Shown here piece after piece: positions 35,301-40,127 of a DNA stretch of 40,127 nucleotides. This DNA is from a virus (lineage: Duplodnaviria; Caudoviricetes), in the IMG/VR virus record IMGVR_UViG_3300045000_000051, positions 1 through 40,127 of that record. The stretch is one strand, 5' to 3'. How positions within the stretch are numbered: the stretch's first letter is position 1; each line of letters begins with the position of its first letter. The notes under the pieces were generated by a model that saw nothing but the letters and a program-made list of their open reading frames with translations, ran no database searches and had not been told where the DNA came from. Both the position numbers and the translations under genes were made by a program.

Positions 35301-36241
35301 CGGCGCAGACGCCGGCTGAGAAGGCGTATGCGGACTTCCTGGCGAAGCGTGCCGCGTCGGACCTCGCGAAGAGCCGCGCCGACCAGCTCGCGAACGCTGC
35401 GACGCCGGAGGAGAAGGCGGCGCTAGCACTGGGGTTCTCGCTCGACGACCAGCAGGTTGCGCTCCAGACGGCCGCGGACGCGTCGCGGGTCGCGGCTGAC
35501 CTTGCCGCGACGGACGCTCAGGCCAGGTATCAGGATCAGCGGGACGCGCTGCGGCAGGCGATGCAGGACAAGCAAACCGATCTGGAGCAGGCCTACCAGG
35601 ATCAGCGCACCACCCAGCTGCAGGCGATGCAGGACTTGGAGACCGACGCGGAGCAGGCCTACCAGGATCAGCGCACCGCCCAGTTGAACGCGTTGGGCGA
35701 GAAGGAAACCGACCTGGAGAACGCCTACACGGATCTTCGCGCCAAGCAGTGGGAGAAGCTCGAGGATCTGAACGTCGACCAGGCTACGAAGCTTCAGGAC
35801 AACCTGAACGACTGGACGGTCTGGATCGGGAGGAAGAAGAAGAAGTATTCGGACTTCCTTGAGTGGGCGGCCGGTCAGGGCATCGACACCGGCTCGCTCG
35901 TTGATCCGGGTCAGGAGACGGCACCGGGCGGCACCGTCTCCACGGGTTTCGACTTCCAGGCGGCCGGCGGCGCCCGGTTCGTCGCGCCGGGCACGGTGGC
36001 TGCGATGGCTGCGGCGGGCCGGCGGATCACGCATCAGCTTCCGAAGCTCGACGTCGGCGGCTACGTCGAGCAGACGGGCGTCGCGGTCGTGCATGAGGGC
36101 GAAACGTGGTCGGGTGTCGGGGCGAACCGGATGACCGGAGAAGACCATGTGCACTTCCACGGCGGCACCTTCATCGGTGGTAACAAGCAGCAGGTCGCGC
36201 GTGAGCTGAAGCCCTATCTCGACAAGGTGCTTGGCGTCTGA
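32384..36241 (+). CDS. Tape measure protein with an internal M15-family peptidoglycan peptidase domain
   Basis: 1285 aa, Ala/Gly-rich and helical; LGKAVLDL start; SGARSTEKQ...PGTSPHESGNALD...NHVQL; C-terminal VVHEGE. Confidence 0.92.
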   Translation: MSESLGKAVLDLEANLEPLETGMKRGRSTVNEMQHSLDALAAVSNMATEQLQKIRMKADQAAETAGVSDKMKRSLAGISAEAERARADIERVKIGAGQAAESTAAGDRIERKLKGITGEANEARRAVESVRLAGMGAGGAGGGGGFVPGGGGGGNPGVGVGPFGSGFGRIGLLGAAIGGGTLLGPAAGPGALGLLAAIPVLATSGAGALGTLALAFQGVGKAIGGDKKAFDDLGKSAQGFVLTVRSLDGWFDKLKETAGASMFPGLTTGLKSALSPGTLAAITTAVQQFGHAIGVAGVTWGRYFGSAEFQSIFGPLMASGAHNLILMSSAALHLTDAIGVLGRAAIPLTSWMVQGIDAGSRWASSWMRAKEATGGLGHAMDEAKTSLQLVGGLLASLLHAVGALGGALYPVSKVAVKDLTDGLNALAGIIERNKQTIRDVVGGALAAFVATVKAAAGVVRTLWPLLAKVADLLGGWKTTFEILIGLKIASLVNGWAMSFAKLAGMEALGGASLQSGTLLANLTKLKLLGPIAISIAIMRQILGSGTGWDLSEPTAADVVRGDNPYPVGSSLADAWAAGRSGKKTFQGHVPQPAAANGGDFGTPQGLPANLLAAFRAGAAAAKKTGGGSSSTSSTFTGSVQGESSTLVAALEGLSKYYDSAKINVISGARSTEKQQALWDASVRAGHPGRMPNGNPIARPGTSPHESGNALDGTIMIKGKAVPLSSLPQSVLARFGLETVAGDVNHVQLAAGATGDTTSPFGAEPPWTKNVPKPKKIPWKGATEAAIITAKGRVAAILEALPDALDATELNAVRHIEALRDKLHIHMSAADLAKDKVELAKWGKVLHTEILANARKAAEAAAYTKDLFNRALSLDMSHVLRDQQRGFREQSKAFNTETSRHLKDMQTAFSEQSKAFNTETSRTIKDMQVAFGIKSKAFNTETSRTIKDMQVAFSRQLKEFDEATKLGLGKLAAPAQTPAEKAYADFLAKRAASDLAKSRADQLANAATPEEKAALALGFSLDDQQVALQTAADASRVAADLAATDAQARYQDQRDALRQAMQDKQTDLEQAYQDQRTTQLQAMQDLETDAEQAYQDQRTAQLNALGEKETDLENAYTDLRAKQWEKLEDLNVDQATKLQDNLNDWTVWIGRKKKKYSDFLEWAAGQGIDTGSLVDPGQETAPGGTVSTGFDFQAAGGARFVAPGTVAAMAAAGRRITHQLPKLDVGGYVEQTGVAVVHEGETWSGVGANRMTGEDHVHFHGGTFIGGNKQQVARELKPYLDKVLGV
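35051..35248 (+). repeat. Three 66-bp (22-aa) tandem repeats in the tape measure gene
   Basis: AGCAAAGCCTTCAACACCGAGAC starts at 35051, 35117 and 35183. Confidence 0.9.
35531..35740 (+). repeat. Second 66-bp-period repeat block in the tape measure gene
   Basis: CAGGATCAGCG at 35531, 35597 and 35663; degenerate copy at 35729. Confidence 0.85.
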
Positions 36242-38607
36242 TGGCCCGCAAGCTCGAGATGGCTTTCAACGAGGCGGTCGCCGGGGTGTTCACCCTCGCC
36301 AGCGCCCTTGACGGGCCCGATGTGCTCTCCGACCTCGGGGGGTTCGCCGGCACCTATGACGACATCTCGGCTGATCTTGTCGGTGAGATCACGGTGAACC
36401 GGGGCAGCGACAGTCTCGCCGGGAGGGTGCAGCCGTCGTCGCTGACCGCGACCGTGTCTCGGCCTGATGCTCCCGGCTACTGGAACGCCAACAACCCGTT
36501 GTCACCGCTCAACAGTGTGTCTCCGGGGTTTGTGCCGATCCGGCCGGGGAGGCTGACTGACATCGGTGACGGGCCGGGCGGCCAGTTCCTAACCAGCGGC
36601 TTTGAGATCACCGACGCATCCCGTGCCGTTGGCGTTGACGGCGACGGCCGGCTGAACGACGGGTCGTTCGGGATCTACGAGCAGCGGCAGAACCTCTGCC
36701 CGAACGGCGGCGTCGAGACGAGCACCGCCGGATGGGATCCGTACGGATCGGGAGCGACGCTGGCTCAGTACGCGGCCGATTTCAAGTTCGGTAGTAAGTG
36801 CCTTCGAGCGACCACGCCGGGCGGCTTCAACTGCGTGTTCAACGGGCCGTCACCGGCCGTCGTCGCAGGCTCGACGTACACCCTCTCGATGTGGATACGG
36901 GCCGCGACCGGCGGCGGAACGGAGTACCTCCGCATTCTCTGGAACGCCGGGGTGGCGACCGAGGTACTCGTGACGGCAAACGCGGCCGGGTGGCAGCGGG
37001 TTTCCGTCACCGGGGTTGCCCCGGTCGGTGCCACCGCCGCAGCCCTCGGACTCATCTATTACAACGGGAGCGCCCAGGACTGGCTGATCGACGGCGTCAT
37101 GTTCAACGCTGGCCCGGTCGCTCTCCCCTACTGCGAGGGCACGATCCCGGCGGGCAGGCTGCAAGGCCCGGCGCCACTGCTGGGCAGCGCCACGCAGTTC
37201 GCTATTGCGATGCGCGTCCGCATCCCCTACGCGTCCAGCGCCCAGCCGAACCCGAACCCCGGCCTGTTCGAGTTGGCCGACAACACAGGCAACTTCATTG
37301 CTGCCTACCTCACGTCGACCGACATTCAACTCGCCCGGAAGTCGACCGCCGCCGGGCAGTACACCTGCGTCAAAGCAGTCACGTTCGCCGCGAACGACCT
37401 GGCGACGATCATCCTCAAGGGGACAGATACGCAGCTTGGCGTGTCGGTCAACGGATCGCCGTTCACGACGCTCGTGACGCCAGCGGGAAGCGCGCCGACG
37501 ATCGCGGCCAGCCTCTTCGACATCGCCCGTCTAGTCACTGGCTTCGTTGGCTTCCCCGGCGACCTTGACGCGCTGTGGGCTGCCACGCTCACCGGCATCC
37601 CCACCAACGCTGACGCCGCGTGGATCCACACGGAGCTCGTCGCGGGTCGTGAGCCGATGCCCGCCGACATCAACGACCGCTCCCCCGCCGCCGTCTGCAC
37701 CGGCGCCAGCCCCTTCAACACCGCCGCCTACACCATCCCGAACGTCAAGTATGGCGTCTTCTACGGGTTCCTTCGCCGCGCCCCCTGGCGTGCGTCGACC
37801 CGCTCCTGCCAGCTCTACTTCGAGGATCTGTTGTTCCGGGCGAGCCGCGTCTTCCCGGTGATCGCGTCGACGGGACCGACGACGACGGGGGCAGCGATCG
37901 GGCTGGTGCTGGATGCGATGGGGTGGACGTGGCCGGAGTGGCGGAGCTTGGCGCGCGGCGACACCCTCGACGACTTCAGAGCCGACGGCAGCCAGTCGGC
38001 GTTGCAGCTGTTCGGGCTGCTCGTGACGGCCGAGCGCGGCACCGTGTTCGTCCGCGGTGACGGCGTGTTCGTCTACGAGTCCCGCGACATGCCGCAAACC
38101 CGCGTGCCGGTCGGGATCCTGTCGACGGTCGTGAACCTGGAGGATCTGGAGTCGAGCATCGACGCCGACTCGATCCTCACCCGTGTCACCGTCACCAAAA
38201 CCGATCCGGTGACGCCGATCGTCAGGGGGCAGGTCGATGCGCTCGCGGAGCAGCGGTTCGGCCGTGGCGACGCGCCAAGCATCTCCTCCCCCTACGTCCC
38301 TGCGAACGGGGTGCAGCTGCTCGCCGACGACATCGTCTACCAGGGCGTCAACGGGAAGCCGCCGGCGACCGCTGAGGTGTTCGCCGTCGACAACGCCACC
38401 ACCAGCCTGATCCTCGGGTCGGCATTGCAAACGGTCTTCACGATCGTTGACCCGCTCGGCGGCACCACCGGGGACTACCTGGTGGCGGGCGCCACCCACA
38501 CCCTTGACACCGGGTCGCACCGTGTCAGCTACACGCTCACCAAGAGGGCTGCGCGCTCGTTCGCGTTGGACAGCGCACTGAACGGCCCCGACGTCTTCCG
38601 CTACTAG
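36241..38607 (+). CDS. Minor tail / baseplate protein with inserted carbohydrate-binding-like beta domains
   Basis: Follows the tape measure; NLCPNGGVE...YTLSMWIR...WQRVSVT...LIDGVMF is a CBM-like jelly roll; C-terminal AERGTVFVRGDGVFVYESR hub-like region. Confidence 0.75.
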   Translation: MARKLEMAFNEAVAGVFTLASALDGPDVLSDLGGFAGTYDDISADLVGEITVNRGSDSLAGRVQPSSLTATVSRPDAPGYWNANNPLSPLNSVSPGFVPIRPGRLTDIGDGPGGQFLTSGFEITDASRAVGVDGDGRLNDGSFGIYEQRQNLCPNGGVETSTAGWDPYGSGATLAQYAADFKFGSKCLRATTPGGFNCVFNGPSPAVVAGSTYTLSMWIRAATGGGTEYLRILWNAGVATEVLVTANAAGWQRVSVTGVAPVGATAAALGLIYYNGSAQDWLIDGVMFNAGPVALPYCEGTIPAGRLQGPAPLLGSATQFAIAMRVRIPYASSAQPNPNPGLFELADNTGNFIAAYLTSTDIQLARKSTAAGQYTCVKAVTFAANDLATIILKGTDTQLGVSVNGSPFTTLVTPAGSAPTIAASLFDIARLVTGFVGFPGDLDALWAATLTGIPTNADAAWIHTELVAGREPMPADINDRSPAAVCTGASPFNTAAYTIPNVKYGVFYGFLRRAPWRASTRSCQLYFEDLLFRASRVFPVIASTGPTTTGAAIGLVLDAMGWTWPEWRSLARGDTLDDFRADGSQSALQLFGLLVTAERGTVFVRGDGVFVYESRDMPQTRVPVGILSTVVNLEDLESSIDADSILTRVTVTKTDPVTPIVRGQVDALAEQRFGRGDAPSISSPYVPANGVQLLADDIVYQGVNGKPPATAEVFAVDNATTSLILGSALQTVFTIVDPLGGTTGDYLVAGATHTLDTGSHRVSYTLTKRAARSFALDSALNGPDVFRY

Positions 38608-38616
38608 GAGGCACCT

Positions 38617-39402
38617 ATGGCAAGGCTTGTCACGCTTGACGTGAAGGCGGCCGGCAACGCCGCGTTCGGACTCACCAACTACAACCAGCTCAAGAACGAC
38701 GTCGACTACCTGATTATCGCCGGCGCCGACCTTGCCTCCGCGGCGACGATCAACCCGACCGCCGAGTTCCACGGCGTCACCGGCACCACCACGATCGACA
38801 ACCTCGTCGACACGCTCGGCGCCATCGCGGGGCAGCAGGTCAGGTTGTGGATCAAGGGCGGCCCGCTGACGATCCGCAACCAGGGCGGCGGCGCCGGCAA
38901 CATCCGGACGGCAATAGGTCTAGACCGCGTCTGCGCACCGAACGAAATCGTCTCGTTCGTCTACGACGGCGCCGTGTGGCGCGAGCAGGGCGCGAAAGGC
39001 AACCGCGAGCTGGCATATGCGACGTACACGGCCACGCTCGCCGTCTCCGCGACGACGGAGGCGGGCGCCAACGCGGTAGTCACGACACCGGCCTACACCT
39101 ACGACGGGGCCACGCGCGTCAAGGTCGAGTTCGATGCTCCGCGTTACGTCATCAACGGGGCGACGGCGGCGGTAGTGGTCATGTTTCGCGACACAACGGC
39201 GATCGGCTGGTGCTTCTACCACGAGGTAACCGCGGCCAGCTCCATCAAGATGAACGGCGAAATCTACGACACCCCGGCTGCGGGTTCCCACACATACACC
39301 GCCAAGATCTTCCAAGGCGCCAGCACCGGCTCCCTGATAGCCGGTGTTGGCGGCCCGGGAAACAACAAGCCGGCGACCCTCCGAGTGGAAAGGGCGGACT
39401 GA
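38617..39402 (+). CDS. Minor tail / fibre-like protein
   Basis: AGGAGG RBS; Thr/Ala/Gly-rich beta composition; YDGAVWRE, TPAAGSHTY. Confidence 0.65.
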   Translation: MARLVTLDVKAAGNAAFGLTNYNQLKNDVDYLIIAGADLASAATINPTAEFHGVTGTTTIDNLVDTLGAIAGQQVRLWIKGGPLTIRNQGGGAGNIRTAIGLDRVCAPNEIVSFVYDGAVWREQGAKGNRELAYATYTATLAVSATTEAGANAVVTTPAYTYDGATRVKVEFDAPRYVINGATAAVVVMFRDTTAIGWCFYHEVTAASSIKMNGEIYDTPAAGSHTYTAKIFQGASTGSLIAGVGGPGNNKPATLRVERAD

Positions 39403-39683
39403 TGATCTGGACAGCAACGTGCCCGTACTGCGGCCGCGCCGAGACTGCCGACGAGCAAACAGACGCCGTCGCGGAGTTCGGAGACCACTTCGCCGTCGAT
39501 CACGCCGGCCTGCCGGCGACGCTCGCTTGGGCACAAGACGGCTCGTTGGACGCGCCCGCGCCGGTGGCCGCCGGGCCGTCAGACCTCGAGCGCGCCGTGC
39601 AGGCCATCTCTTCCGCGCCTGACTTCACCACGGCGAAGGCAAACCTCCTGAAGCTCGTCTCGCAGCCTCGGCGGCCGAAGTGA
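39402..39683 (+). CDS. Small hypothetical protein
   Basis: TGATG coupled; CPYC...HFAVDH. Confidence 0.55.
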   Translation: MIWTATCPYCGRAETADEQTDAVAEFGDHFAVDHAGLPATLAWAQDGSLDAPAPVAAGPSDLERAVQAISSAPDFTTAKANLLKLVSQPRRPK

Positions 39684-39755
39684 GGCCCGCGTCGGTAAAG
39701 ACGACCGCAGCAGCCGACGCGAGGTACTACACGCAGCTACACGCACACCGAGCCG

Positions 39756-40127
39756 ATGCCTGAGACCGTCCACACGCTCGCGACGATCGCGCTCGGCCAG
39801 CTCGTCGCGTTCTGCGCCGCGGCCGCCGCGATCGGCGGCGCGCTCGTCGGCCTGATCTTCCGTGGCGCCGCGACCGCGTGGCGCGAAGAGAAGGACGCCG
39901 CCGTCGCGAAGGCCGACCGGCTCGAGGAGAAGGTCGAAGAGCAGGCCACACAGATCGCGGCGCTCGAGGGCAAGGTCGACACGCTGGAGAAGCGCACCAA
40001 CTACGACGCGTACGCGAAGCGAAGCGCACGCGACCACCGGCAGATCCTCGACTCGCTCGTCGAGCTCACACGCTCGACGCAGGCGAACTCGATCGCCGTC
40101 GAGTTCCTGATCAAGCAGGCGTTCCCG
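39756..40127 (+). CDS. Membrane-anchored coiled-coil protein (probable lysis module), truncated by the window end
   Basis: Not in the ORF track. Manual translation MPETVHTLATIALGQLVAFCAAAAAIGGALVGLIFRGAATAWREEKDAAVAKADRLEEKVEEQ..., open to the end. Confidence 0.6.
   Translation, partial: MPETVHTLATIALGQLVAFCAAAAAIGGALVGLIFRGAATAWREEKDAAVAKADRLEEKVEEQATQIAALEGKVDTLEKRTNYDAYAKRSARDHRQILDSLVELTRSTQANSIAVEFLIKQAFP

Larger units (their letters stand above)
1..40127. mobile_element. Temperate siphovirus-like phage genome (partial; probably the excised/virion configuration)
   Basis: Continuous immunity, early, replication, packaging, head and tail modules with overlapping stop/start codons; no host housekeeping operons; tape measure gene and no sheath gene. 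Confidence 0.95.

Noticed and set aside
35051-35740. CRISPR-like array (66-bp period)
   Set aside because: The repeats are in-frame coding units with similar intervening sequence, not unique spacers; no cas genes
39680-40127. Absence of an endolysin as a finding
   Set aside because: The window ends at the start of the probable lysis module, so absence cannot be concluded

Overview
The whole window is a high-GC temperate siphovirus-like phage genome, probably with an actinobacterial host (inference). It is truncated at both ends and has no recognisable host genes. Gene order: divergent XRE repressor (minus, cut by the window start) and Cro-like gene with repeated operator-like sites; a long translationally coupled early operon (putative annealing protein, HNH, tyrosine integrase, Rpf-like muralytic protein, papain-like protein, C5 DNA methyltransferase, MazG-like protein, internally deleted helicase/MTase chimera, PD-(D/E)XK nuclease, SNF2 helicase, DnaB, Mom-like GNAT, initiator-like protein, sigma-region-4 HTH); a probable cos region; terS/terL/HNH; head genes with two HExxH proteins; tail genes with a -1 frameshifted chaperone and a tape measure carrying an M15 peptidase; minor tail proteins; and the start of a probable lysis membrane protein. 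The strongest signal is a 27-bp tRNA-Ser 3' fragment (probable attP core) inside the 3' end of the integrase gene, in the middle of the early operon. Integration there would rewrite the Int C-terminus and separate the replication and late genes from the Cro promoter until excision. A stand-alone secreted Rpf-like gene in the early region is the second strongest signal. All calls come from motif reading and synteny; no database search was run.
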